A stretch of DNA of 64,000 bases from a virus: positions 6,946-70,945 of the IMG/VR virus record IMGVR_UViG_3300027708_002199, one strand, 5' to 3'. This document shows positions 51,752 through 61,311 of this stretch, in pieces. The notes below the pieces were generated by a model. That model saw nothing but the letters and a program-made list of their open reading frames with translations, made no database searches and had not been told where the DNA came from. Every line of letters begins with the position of its first letter. Position 1 is the stretch's first letter. A program made the position numbers and the translations under genes.

Positions 51752-51901
51752 TTGAAAATAAAGAACCTTAAGATATCTGAAGAATCACATTTGTTATTAA
51801 AAAAACATTGTTTAAAGCATGGGTTGAAAATTCATAAGTTTATTGAAAAACTTATTGAATTAAACTGTACTGAAAAAAGGGATATCTACGGAGAAAATTA
51901 A
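51752..51901 (+). CDS. Small ribbon-helix-helix-like DNA-binding protein
   Basis: KNLKISEESHLLLKKHC...GLKIHKFIEKLI; TTG at 51752 or 51716 (start uncertain). Confidence 0.6.
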   Translation: MKIKNLKISEESHLLLKKHCLKHGLKIHKFIEKLIELNCTEKRDIYGEN

Positions 51902-52947
51902 ATCAATATTGACTCAAGTTGGAAATTCGATGGTTGAGCATTATTTGATTTAATAATATCAATTGTTAATACATCATTAGTATTAATTTGTATTTCTCCA
52001 GCAATAAGTTGTTGTATATCTGTCCCATAAAAAAGTCCATTAATATACATTGAATACGACGCAATATTTTCAGCGTCAATTAATTTAATATTTGAGGTAT
52101 ACTCAAATGTTTGGGTATATGTCGTAGTCCCAATAGGGTAAGAAATATTTAAAGGAATTCTATCAGGATTTGGAGGGTATTTCTTAACTTTTCGTCTTGT
52201 ATTCCTTGGATTAACCTCCATCATCACTAATGAACGACTAATTGCCGGTTTAACTTCAAACTGTTCTTCATCAAGTAAAAATCCCTGTAAAGTAAAACTA
52301 TATGATTGGATATAATACCTTCTTTTTTCAATGTCCATAACTGACTCATCGGAAATTTCATCAAGTTGTATTGGAATATAATGACCTTTAATTTGAGTAT
52401 AAGCTTGTCTTGAAGCAAATTTTTCAATTACAATTTGGTTGAATTTATTTAATTCTCTCATTCTGTTACAAATTATTTTAACAGAGTATTTTATATCAAC
52501 AGGAACAGGTTGTGGGATGGTGTAAATGTCCATACCTTTTCTTTGTCCATCCCATGTTGGAACCGCAGCGTAATAATATTGTTTTCTATTAGGAATATTA
52601 TATCTTAATGATGGTAAAGTACCAAACTTAACTTCAGGTGTTCTAACAGTTGTAATAAATGGAGGTTGGACATTTTTATCAATGTTATTAAAATCCCAAG
52701 TTTGTGTAAACTGAGACCAATTCTGAGTTGTCATCAAAATATCTACTACTTTAACAACTTTACCTGAAACCACAGTTTTTAAATCATTTTTTATAAAATC
52801 TAAAAACCCTCTATCTAAATCTTCATGTAATAATGATTTAGGTAAGTAAGTTCCGTCTTTGTTAATGTCTTCAAGAAGTTGTTCTCTTCTTTCATAACCA
52901 ACAGGAGGATAAGTTAATGGTAAAGTTTTTTTTATTTTTGGTAACAT
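51898..52947 (-). CDS. Tail completion / terminator-like protein (T4 gp15-like)
   Basis: IPQPVPVDIKYSVKI...ELNK motif; between neck and sheath genes. Confidence 0.55.
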   Translation of the reverse strand: MLPKIKKTLPLTYPPVGYERREQLLEDINKDGTYLPKSLLHEDLDRGFLDFIKNDLKTVVSGKVVKVVDILMTTQNWSQFTQTWDFNNIDKNVQPPFITTVRTPEVKFGTLPSLRYNIPNRKQYYYAAVPTWDGQRKGMDIYTIPQPVPVDIKYSVKIICNRMRELNKFNQIVIEKFASRQAYTQIKGHYIPIQLDEISDESVMDIEKRRYYIQSYSFTLQGFLLDEEQFEVKPAISRSLVMMEVNPRNTRRKVKKYPPNPDRIPLNISYPIGTTTYTQTFEYTSNIKLIDAENIASYSMYINGLFYGTDIQQLIAGEIQINTNDVLTIDIIKSNNAQPSNFQLESILI

Positions 52948-53462
52948 TATAATCCTCTAAATTCGTTTTCCATCACAGGTGATGCGTTAATTGTTCTGTA
53001 AAATGGTTTATAACCACCATATGTATGTTTATTATCTGACACTACACGACCATCGTTGTTAACCACATAGTATCTAACCTGATTTTCAGTTTCGTAATAA
53101 GCAATATAATCCCCAAGTTCAATGTCAATATCTAATTCCTCTAAATGTTTTTGGTAAACAGAAATTCTGGCATTACCAGGTTCCATTTGATTAATTTTAC
53201 TTGACCCAAGAAATTTATTTTCAGGAGCAACAATTTGTAGATATGCTTTAAACTCAACAGGAGGTAAAAATTTAATTCCATCTTCTTGAGTTTCACCATA
53301 CACATCATCAACATTTGTTTTCTTTTTATCAACTTTATACAATATAAGTGTAAAGTTCATATCTCCCTCTAGCCATTCGCGCCCCATACTAATATCTAAA
53401 TTATAATCTTCCCCTCCGAAAAATTTGCCTAATCTTGTTATTGGAACTATTCTGTTTGACAT
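52947..53462 (-). CDS. Neck / head-closure protein (T4 gp14-like)
   Basis: DDVYGE...KFLPPVE, ELGDYI; start MSNRIVP at 53462 has TATTTAT 4 nt upstream and avoids overlap with SNF2. Confidence 0.6.
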   Translation of the reverse strand: MSNRIVPITRLGKFFGGEDYNLDISMGREWLEGDMNFTLILYKVDKKKTNVDDVYGETQEDGIKFLPPVEFKAYLQIVAPENKFLGSSKINQMEPGNARISVYQKHLEELDIDIELGDYIAYYETENQVRYYVVNNDGRVVSDNKHTYGGYKPFYRTINASPVMENEFRGL

Positions 53463-53463
53463 A

Positions 53464-53492
53464 TTGATAAATATTTCTTTTTTGATTATTAT
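53464..53492 (+). promoter_or_regulatory. Sigma70-type promoter for SNF2 helicase
   Basis: TTGATA-17 nt-TATTAT, 27 nt upstream of TTG start; overlaps the opposite-strand TATTTAT motif. Confidence 0.5.
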
Positions 53493-53519
53493 TATAGTTG
53501 TATAGTTAATTAAAATAAT

Positions 53520-55280
53520 TTGACAACTTCTACAGGACATTTAAGTGTTGAACAACAAGCAATATCTATTCTTGAAAATTATCAGGGGTCAAATAACTAT
53601 ATCCTTAAATTAAAAAAACAGATTGATTCAAATAAGAAGTATCTTCCAACGAGAGCTCAATGTGATTATGTTATTGATTACAATTTAGTAGTTCCAAAAG
53701 TTGCCAAGAAATGGGTCGAGATTGATTCTTACTTTTCTCAAAAACTCGTTGAGGACAATCCGTTCATTAAGGAACCTGATAAAATCTACGTTGAGAAAAT
53801 TTTAATTGAGAAAGATAAATCATATCACATTTGGGGTAAGATTTTTAGTGCTGAGACCATTCATGATTTTTGGATACCGAAAGCTGCGGTTATTAAACAA
53901 TACACCGAAAACTTGGTTGATGTTGATTACACAAAATATGAAAACCGTCCACCACTTGTTCACCAAAAAGAAGCTATAGAAAAATTATTAAAGAACGATA
54001 AGTTCATTTTGGCCGATGATATGGGACTTGGTAAGACCACTTCTGCGGTGATTGCTTCATTAGAAAGTGGTGCGAATAGAGTTTTAATCATATGTCCTGC
54101 GTCTCTTAAAATAAATTGGGAAAGAGAAATTAAAAACTATACCGACAAATCGGTTTATATCTGTGAGGGTAAGAAGTTTGAATTAGCCGATTATGTAATT
54201 GTAAACTACGATATCCTTAAAAACTTCCACGACCCAAAAGATAAAGAAAACTCAATAATCCTTAATTCAAAATTTGATTTGGTCATTATTGATGAAGCAC
54301 ATTATGTTTCAAACGCTCAGGCTCAAAGAACAAAGATTATAATGGATGTTACCAAAAACATTAAAAAACTTTGGTTATTAACGGGAACACCAATGACTTC
54401 TCGTCCCATGAATTATTATAATATTTTAAAACTTATTGATAGTCCTGTAAGTCAAAACTGGCAAGCCTACGCAATTAGATATTGTGGTGGGTATCAGTTT
54501 AGAGTGGGTGGTAAAAAGATTTGGAATGTGACGGGAGCATCCAATTTAGAAGAATTAAGAGAAAGAACTTCACGTCAAATCTTAAGAAGATTAAAGACAG
54601 AAGTTTTGGATTTACCTGAAAAAATTATCACTCCTGTTTACCTTCGTTTAAAATCAAGATTGTATGAAGGATTGATGGGTGAGTATTATGATTGGTATAA
54701 TAATAGACAAGATGAGTCAAGGTCTTTATCAGTTCAATTTTCAAAACTTATGAAAGTAAGACAGGTAATTGCTGAAGAAAAAATATCTATCACAATTGAA
54801 CTTGCTGAGAACATTATTGAACAAGGTAAAAAAGTTATTATCTTCAGTAACTTCACCGAACCTTTAAAAAAAATACACGAACATTTTGGTAAAAAATCTG
54901 TTTATTTAGACGGGTCAACATCAAAACCTGCAAGACAAGATGCGGTTGACAAGTTCCAAGAGAGCGATAAAATACAAGTTTTTTGTGGTAACATGAAAGC
55001 TGCGGGGGTTGGATTAACACTTACTGCTGGTGAGGCCGTTATTATGAATGACTTATCGTTTGTACCTGCTGAACATGCGCAGGCAGAAGACCGCTCATAT
55101 AGATATGGACAAAAAAATTCAGTTTCAATATACTACCCATTATTTGATAATAGCATTGAAGGAGTTATTTACGACATTCTTACAAGGAAGAAACAGATAA
55201 TTGGTACGGTTATGGGAGATATAGACGAAAGTTCTGTAGATATTGTTGAACAAATACTTAACGAAATCAATAGTAAGTAA
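53520..55280 (+). CDS. SNF2/SWI2 family helicase (SMARCAL1/HARP-like)
   Basis: LADDMGLGKT, ICPASL, DEAH, LTGTP, GVGLTLT, QAEDRSYRYGQ. Confidence 0.92.
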   Translation: MTTSTGHLSVEQQAISILENYQGSNNYILKLKKQIDSNKKYLPTRAQCDYVIDYNLVVPKVAKKWVEIDSYFSQKLVEDNPFIKEPDKIYVEKILIEKDKSYHIWGKIFSAETIHDFWIPKAAVIKQYTENLVDVDYTKYENRPPLVHQKEAIEKLLKNDKFILADDMGLGKTTSAVIASLESGANRVLIICPASLKINWEREIKNYTDKSVYICEGKKFELADYVIVNYDILKNFHDPKDKENSIILNSKFDLVIIDEAHYVSNAQAQRTKIIMDVTKNIKKLWLLTGTPMTSRPMNYYNILKLIDSPVSQNWQAYAIRYCGGYQFRVGGKKIWNVTGASNLEELRERTSRQILRRLKTEVLDLPEKIITPVYLRLKSRLYEGLMGEYYDWYNNRQDESRSLSVQFSKLMKVRQVIAEEKISITIELAENIIEQGKKVIIFSNFTEPLKKIHEHFGKKSVYLDGSTSKPARQDAVDKFQESDKIQVFCGNMKAAGVGLTLTAGEAVIMNDLSFVPAEHAQAEDRSYRYGQKNSVSIYYPLFDNSIEGVIYDILTRKKQIIGTVMGDIDESSVDIVEQILNEINSK

Positions 55281-55293
55281 GTATTTATAATTA

Positions 55294-56799
55294 ATGAAAT
55301 CGTTAAATATAGTATCAGAGTCATTAGTTAGTCGTTTGTTAGGTGAGGAAACTCAACCTGAAACCAAATTTTTTATTAACGAAATAAAAACCATTGGTAT
55401 TGATAAACTACCGTATGGATATGCATCATTAAGAAGATTTATTGACCCTGAGACAATGAAGTTTCATTATCAAAAACATTACAAGGGGTATGTTAAAAAA
55501 TTAAATTCAGCTCTTCGTAAAAAAGATTATGGTGATGTTGAATTGGAAAATATTGTTAAACAGATATCAAAGTATAATACAACAATAAGAAATAACGCAG
55601 GTGGAGCCTTTAACCACGCATTGTTTTGGAAGATGTTATCACCCTCACCACAAAAACCAAGTGGAGAAGTGTTTGAAAAGATTGTTAAACAATTTGGAAC
55701 ATATCGTAACTTCAAAACTAAATTTGAAGAAATCTCAAGAAAACGATTTGGTTCAGGGTGGTGTTGGTTAGTTTTAACCGATACAGGTAGATTAAAAGTA
55801 ATGTCCACTTCAAATCAGGACAACCCACTTATGAATATAATTAATCAAGGTGGATTTCCGTTGTTAGGTTTGGATTTATGGGAACACGCTTATTATTTAA
55901 AATACCAAAACAAAAGAGATGAATATATTGAAAACTTTTGGGAGGTAATCAACTGGAAATTTGTTAACGAGTTATACAAATCAAAAACTGAAAAAAAATT
56001 GAACGAATCAATTTCATCAAAAAAACTTTTATACGAAAATGTGTCGGATTACTCAGATATTTTTAGTAACAATAAAAATGTTCTTTGGACTTATAGAAGA
56101 TGTATTGATAATACTTTGAAGACGGTTTTGTCTGATAAGTGGTATGAAAACAATCAATACTCAGAAGGTTCATCTTCAGGTATTTACGACTTGGAAGAAC
56201 CATGTCGTTCAGTAATTAATAAATTAAATACAAATTATATTGGGTTTAAGATTTTAGTTGATGATTTGAATGTCGTACTTACAAAACTAAATAAACCCAC
56301 ATTAAATTTTATTGGGGTAACACCTTCACAACAAGTACAAGAAATAAATAAATTTTGTGAATATTTGAGTTTTTTTGGTGAAAGAATTTTTAAAGGGTCT
56401 AAAACTCTTGACAAAATTATGAAACTTTTAAAAAGAACACATGACAAAGGTGGTCAGCTTGAGGAGTATGTTGCTAAAAAAATCAATCAAGAATTTGGTG
56501 AAGGAACTGCAGTTGTAGTGGGTAGTTTAGGTTCAAAAGAAGATTTTGCAGGAACTGATTTAACAGTGAATTTTGATAATAAAATACAAAACGCTCAAGT
56601 TAAACCAATTTTAAATATGGAAGTGATTGACGGTTTTTATAATATTAAAATTAAAGGGTTTGTTAAAAAGTTTAATACCGACTTATTAATTTTCTCAAAT
56701 ATTAATAAAGAAGTTTATATTTTTAAAAACAAAACTGTCGCTTTTAGTTCAAGTATGTTTAAAATCCCAACACAAGATTTAATTTATACTGTGAATTGA
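55294..56799 (+). CDS. sodA: Fe/Mn superoxide dismutase (Mn-type signature) fused to a C-terminal nuclease-like domain
   Basis: LPYGY..L, HYQKHYKGYV, NNAGGAFNHALFW, FGSGWCWL, NQD, DLWEHAYYLKYQN; extra ~270 aa C-terminal region. Confidence 0.9.
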   Translation: MKSLNIVSESLVSRLLGEETQPETKFFINEIKTIGIDKLPYGYASLRRFIDPETMKFHYQKHYKGYVKKLNSALRKKDYGDVELENIVKQISKYNTTIRNNAGGAFNHALFWKMLSPSPQKPSGEVFEKIVKQFGTYRNFKTKFEEISRKRFGSGWCWLVLTDTGRLKVMSTSNQDNPLMNIINQGGFPLLGLDLWEHAYYLKYQNKRDEYIENFWEVINWKFVNELYKSKTEKKLNESISSKKLLYENVSDYSDIFSNNKNVLWTYRRCIDNTLKTVLSDKWYENNQYSEGSSSGIYDLEEPCRSVINKLNTNYIGFKILVDDLNVVLTKLNKPTLNFIGVTPSQQVQEINKFCEYLSFFGERIFKGSKTLDKIMKLLKRTHDKGGQLEEYVAKKINQEFGEGTAVVVGSLGSKEDFAGTDLTVNFDNKIQNAQVKPILNMEVIDGFYNIKIKGFVKKFNTDLLIFSNINKEVYIFKNKTVAFSSSMFKIPTQDLIYTVN

Positions 56800-56822
56800 T
56801 ATTTATATAAAAATATCACTTC

Positions 56823-57953
56823 ATGAATACAATAATCGCAGAACCATACAGAAGTCAACTATACACAAAAGTTAGACACGTACTCGGAGCACCAATTCGT
56901 TCAATTGAATTAGAAGACGAACAAATGGATTCCATCTTGGAATTTTCTATTGGGGATTACGCCCAGTATGTTCAAGATTGGTTAATTGAATCGCAATGGA
57001 CTTCATTATATAATTTAAATTTAGATACACAATCTTTATCAAGAGCATTTGTAACTAAGAGTTTAGATTACGAAAACAGATACGCACAAGCCTACTCTAA
57101 AATAGTTGGTTTACAATCATCACCACTTGGGGACTGGGAACTTAAAAAAGATTTTATCACATTGGTTCCAAACCAACAGATTTACGAAATTCCTGCAGGT
57201 CGTGAAATCAATGAATTACTATGGTTCACACCGGCAACATTAAATAACATATTATTTGACCCATGGAGTTTTGGGGCATTAGGAGGTACAGGTATTGGTG
57301 GACCTGGAGGTTTTGCTCAAATGGGTGGCTCAGGTTCATACTTTATGATGCCGGCATTTGATATGTTATTAAGAATGCAAGAAATTAATATTCAAAGAAG
57401 AATTATTGGAGGTGATTTAACTTATAGAATAACAGGATTACCTAATGGTAAAAAAGCAATTCATTTGATGCAAACACCAGGTGGTAAATTTGACTTTGGT
57501 AATGCATCATTACAACATCACCAAGTTTGGTATTGGTATTACGATGTTGGACCTGAGGATAGAGATGCTTGTTTAGCCGCAAACCCTGATATTATTAAAC
57601 TTCCTTCAGATGTCCCAATTAACGCAATTGCTTGGGCTGATTTAAACGAACCGGCACAACAGTGGGTTAGAAGATATTTTGTTGCGGGGTGTAAAGAAAC
57701 ATTATCAAAAGTAAGAGGAAAATATTCGGGTAACTTAAAGACACCTGACTCTGAGTTAACTATGGATTATGCCACTTTAGCAACTGAGGGAAAAGATGAA
57801 AAAACAAAATTGATTGAGGAATTAATTGGTGCTGATGGTAGATTGACAAGATTAAGACCTGAAAAAATAATGGAACGTGAGGCGTTAATCGCTGAAAATC
57901 TTAACAAACAAATGAAGTTTAGAGCGTTCCCAAGAAATATGTATGTAATTTAA
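56823..57953 (+). CDS. Neck / head-tail adaptor protein (T4 gp13-like)
   Basis: LGAPIRSIELEDEQ, WVRRY..A.CKETLSKVRGKYSG. Confidence 0.75.
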   Translation: MNTIIAEPYRSQLYTKVRHVLGAPIRSIELEDEQMDSILEFSIGDYAQYVQDWLIESQWTSLYNLNLDTQSLSRAFVTKSLDYENRYAQAYSKIVGLQSSPLGDWELKKDFITLVPNQQIYEIPAGREINELLWFTPATLNNILFDPWSFGALGGTGIGGPGGFAQMGGSGSYFMMPAFDMLLRMQEINIQRRIIGGDLTYRITGLPNGKKAIHLMQTPGGKFDFGNASLQHHQVWYWYYDVGPEDRDACLAANPDIIKLPSDVPINAIAWADLNEPAQQWVRRYFVAGCKETLSKVRGKYSGNLKTPDSELTMDYATLATEGKDEKTKLIEELIGADGRLTRLRPEKIMEREALIAENLNKQMKFRAFPRNMYVI

Positions 57954-57957
57954 TTTT

Positions 57958-58293
57958 ATGAGTATACAAAAATCAATCCCGATGAAACGTGTTATTGGGG
58001 AAGAAGTTTTATTAACATCACAAGTTTGTATGGTGTCTGATGAGACATATACAACTGAAGGAGAGTCAGTAATTATTACAAAAGAATTAGAATTAATTGA
58101 GGTTATTTTAAATCATAAAAATACTGACCACGTAATAGTTAAGGCACTTACAAATACAAAAATCAAACCCATTGAGGGTTTGATTGATGAAGAGTATAGT
58201 GAAATTAATATTGAAAAAGGTGCATGTGTTGAACTATATTACGCATTTGGTGGATGGTTTATAGTTTCCTCAGATGGTTTAAAACAGTCTTAA
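57958..58293 (+). CDS. Hypothetical protein
   Basis: 111 aa beta-rich ORF 4 nt after neck gene. Confidence 0.7.
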   Translation: MSIQKSIPMKRVIGEEVLLTSQVCMVSDETYTTEGESVIITKELELIEVILNHKNTDHVIVKALTNTKIKPIEGLIDEEYSEINIEKGACVELYYAFGGWFIVSSDGLKQS

Positions 58294-58327
58294 AAAGAAA
58301 TATGTATTTTTAACATATTCCTTTTTT
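58292..58327. terminator. Bidirectional terminator between convergent genes
   Basis: aaaaagaaatatgt-loop-acatattcctttttt between + gene stop and polB stop. Confidence 0.55.
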
Positions 58328-61253
58328 AATTTATAAATTTTTCCCATCCTTCTTCCGCAAAGTCGTAGATATGATTTGGGTCACCGTTTATTGATTCCCA
58401 AAATTTCATTTCTTCATGAGATATTGATAAAACATCCTCAACTTTATCTTGGTCACCCTCATTAAATGGAACACCGTTAATTAATTTACATTGTTCTTTG
58501 GTAAATAAACCTCTGTCTTTAGGGTCGCTAACAATTAAATTATTTCTAATTTCTTCATTGAATACAATCAATAATGGCTCAATACGTTTGTTGAAAGTGG
58601 CAACAGCTCTTGCGATGTTATATTCACCTGTCATAGTAGGGTTATTCTCTAAATCTGAAGGTTCAATACGATAACAGTTTAATTGAACAACCGAATCCGA
58701 ACTAGCAGCTTTATACGCTACATCTGTTGGGATTCCTGTATTTGCCTCCTTGTTTTTAGCATCGCTACGAACCCAGTTATCTTCAGACCAAGATTTTTCC
58801 CAACCATTACTTAGTAGGTACTGTTCTTTATTTTTATAATCAGATTTTTCGTTGTTTGAGAAGAATAAACTCATCTGTTCTTCCGACCAACCTTTTTTTG
58901 GTTGGTTTACTTTCTGAACATCTCCGTGTGACGCTTTTAGACCGTTATTAACATAAAATATTACATCACCCAAACTTACCGCGATACCGTCACGAATTGC
59001 AAGTTCCATATGGGCTTGTCTTGACATCATATGACCTGCTTTCGTTTTTTCGTTTGAACGTTTGTTGTAATCGTCAATAGATAGTTTTACTTTCGCTCTT
59101 TGAGCAATCTTCATTAATGGGATTTGTTGGTTAAAGATAACTTCGAGGTATTCATAATACCACTCAACAAATGCTTGTCCGTCACCTTCTAACAACATCT
59201 TAATACCCTTATCCAAAAAGTCTTCAATGTAAAGTGGTAGTTTCTTACTCTTAATTGAGTTACCTGTAAGTTTAATCTTACCATTATGTTCCATTGTTGC
59301 GTAGTTCTTACGAGCAATGTTCATACACGATTTCCAAGTTCCGTCACAATCAAGACCCATTGCCCCTTTCATAAACATATCATTAAACTCGGCAACATCT
59401 GCGTCGTAACCTGTATATTCTTTACCTTCTTTAACCAACCAGTTATTACCTTTACCGATATATCTTCTATCATCTACACCACCTTCAGGTAAACTAAAAT
59501 TGACTCCATCTGTGTCAAGTACCAATGCAGTATATCCTTTTGATATAAAAAAATTCATCATCTGTCTCAAATACTGTCTTCCGGTGCATGTTATCATTTG
59601 TCCTTTGTCCATATCACCCCAGTGAAATACTTGAGGTGCCGACAACGCTCCGAATAGTGAGTTAATGAAAATCTTAATCGGTAATTGTTTTCTATCAAAT
59701 GATGTCGCTTGTTTCTTATCAATATCCTGATATTCTTTAGCCAAGTTTTTATACTTAATACGAGTATTACGGAAGTAATTTAACATTCCCTTCATTGCTC
59801 CTGTAATATCACAGGTCGGAAATACATCGTGAACAAGTTGTATTGAAGGGTAAAGTGACGAGAAGTCAAGTTTCAATACATCGGTAGAAAATCCTACTTT
59901 AAGTAATCGTGATAATCCTCCCACAAACTCTGTCTTTTCATTCTTTTTAGGAATTGCTAACATATTCTTATATGACCAAGCTCTCATTTGGATTTCCCAT
60001 AATGTTGCGGTTCCCATCGTTGAAACTCTTTCATATGTTGTGGGAACTAAAGATGCTAGTAAGAATGAACCTTGGTTAAATTCTTCGTCAACTGTTAAAG
60101 TTTCTTCTAAGTCATCGTCAAGGTATCGTTCAACCAAATCATCACCTGTTGTTTTAATGTAGATACTTGAGTGTTTGGAACAAGCGTCATCAATCTTTGG
60201 GTCAACACCCACTTTCTTATATTTTCCGTTTTGTATGTTTAACCAAAACTCCTCTTTCTTTGAGTAGAACGGACCAATGTCTGTGTGGTCAATATAAACA
60301 CGGTCAGGAGCTTCTGCTTTAATGTATTGGGTGATATACTTCAAACCAGCTGATTTGATGGATGAATTGATTGCCTGAGCCCTTCTAACGGCATGTAACG
60401 TGTCAATAACGTTATAACCCCACATGGACGTTTGATTAAACCTTTCAACCTCGTTTGCAAGTTTTAACATGCTCTCAGATTGTTTAATCGGGTTGATTGG
60501 ATTTAATGTCTTGGCAATCTTCTTAATATCTAATTTTAAAGCCTTTGCTCTCTCAAAAATCCATAACCAGTCGAAGTTAAATCCATTGTAAGACGCAATG
60601 ATACTTGGCTTAAGTTCATCTATGGTATTAAAAAATTTAATGATACCTTCTCTTTCTTGGTCTTCATCTGAACATTCGATTACTTGACTAAAACCTTTAT
60701 TGGTTTTCATTCCTATCATGAAAATACGACCATCCTTTGGTTCTAATGCTGTCGTTTCTAAGTCAAATACAAATCTTGTGATACTGTTGTAATCATCAAA
60801 TCCTTTGAATAATCTTTTTTCTTTTGTAACCAAGAATTGTTCAACAGGAGGTAGTATTAAAACTAATCCTTTTGTTGTTTCACCCCATGGGTCAACACCA
60901 CCATCTCTAAAAAATTGTATTAATGAACGATAACCGTTTAATGATTTAACCATAAACGTTAAACCTTTTTCTAATCTTTCGTTACCGTCTGTTCTTAATT
61001 TCTCAATGACAATTTTATGTTTTGTCATCGCCTCTTTTTGTAATGCTTTTGAGGATTTATAAAAGTTTAATCCACGTAAATCACCTACCCAAGCAAAAGG
61101 GATGAAGGTATCTTTTTTAATTTGTTTTCCGTGAATTGGGTGTTCAAGAATTTTCCAAACACAATCTTTGACGTAATCGTATTCTACACTGACGATATAT
61201 TTTTCGTCATCATTTCCCTGAAGGAAATTTTCAATTTCTTCGTTTGATATCAT
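58326..61253 (-). CDS. polB: DNA polymerase family B with 3'-5' exonuclease
   Basis: FDLETT, YNGFNFDW, DFSSLYPSI, KIFINSLFG, LDTDG, KNYA. Confidence 0.95.
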   Translation of the reverse strand: MISNEEIENFLQGNDDEKYIVSVEYDYVKDCVWKILEHPIHGKQIKKDTFIPFAWVGDLRGLNFYKSSKALQKEAMTKHKIVIEKLRTDGNERLEKGLTFMVKSLNGYRSLIQFFRDGGVDPWGETTKGLVLILPPVEQFLVTKEKRLFKGFDDYNSITRFVFDLETTALEPKDGRIFMIGMKTNKGFSQVIECSDEDQEREGIIKFFNTIDELKPSIIASYNGFNFDWLWIFERAKALKLDIKKIAKTLNPINPIKQSESMLKLANEVERFNQTSMWGYNVIDTLHAVRRAQAINSSIKSAGLKYITQYIKAEAPDRVYIDHTDIGPFYSKKEEFWLNIQNGKYKKVGVDPKIDDACSKHSSIYIKTTGDDLVERYLDDDLEETLTVDEEFNQGSFLLASLVPTTYERVSTMGTATLWEIQMRAWSYKNMLAIPKKNEKTEFVGGLSRLLKVGFSTDVLKLDFSSLYPSIQLVHDVFPTCDITGAMKGMLNYFRNTRIKYKNLAKEYQDIDKKQATSFDRKQLPIKIFINSLFGALSAPQVFHWGDMDKGQMITCTGRQYLRQMMNFFISKGYTALVLDTDGVNFSLPEGGVDDRRYIGKGNNWLVKEGKEYTGYDADVAEFNDMFMKGAMGLDCDGTWKSCMNIARKNYATMEHNGKIKLTGNSIKSKKLPLYIEDFLDKGIKMLLEGDGQAFVEWYYEYLEVIFNQQIPLMKIAQRAKVKLSIDDYNKRSNEKTKAGHMMSRQAHMELAIRDGIAVSLGDVIFYVNNGLKASHGDVQKVNQPKKGWSEEQMSLFFSNNEKSDYKNKEQYLLSNGWEKSWSEDNWVRSDAKNKEANTGIPTDVAYKAASSDSVVQLNCYRIEPSDLENNPTMTGEYNIARAVATFNKRIEPLLIVFNEEIRNNLIVSDPKDRGLFTKEQCKLINGVPFNEGDQDKVEDVLSISHEEMKFWESINGDPNHIYDFAEEGWEKFIN

Positions 61254-61311
61254 AAAATTTAAAATGGTGTATTTGCTTCCGAATTAAGGTCGGAATTTAC
61301 CTTGTGTGGTA

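Noticed and set aside
5372-59492. Other 60-116 aa ORFs nested in or antisense to long genes
   Set aside because: Fully overlap well-supported genes, with no motifs or expression signals
22804-61253. Inteins or introns in nrdA, helicase, polB
   Set aside because: Proteins are of ordinary length with contiguous motifs and no C...HN splice signatures
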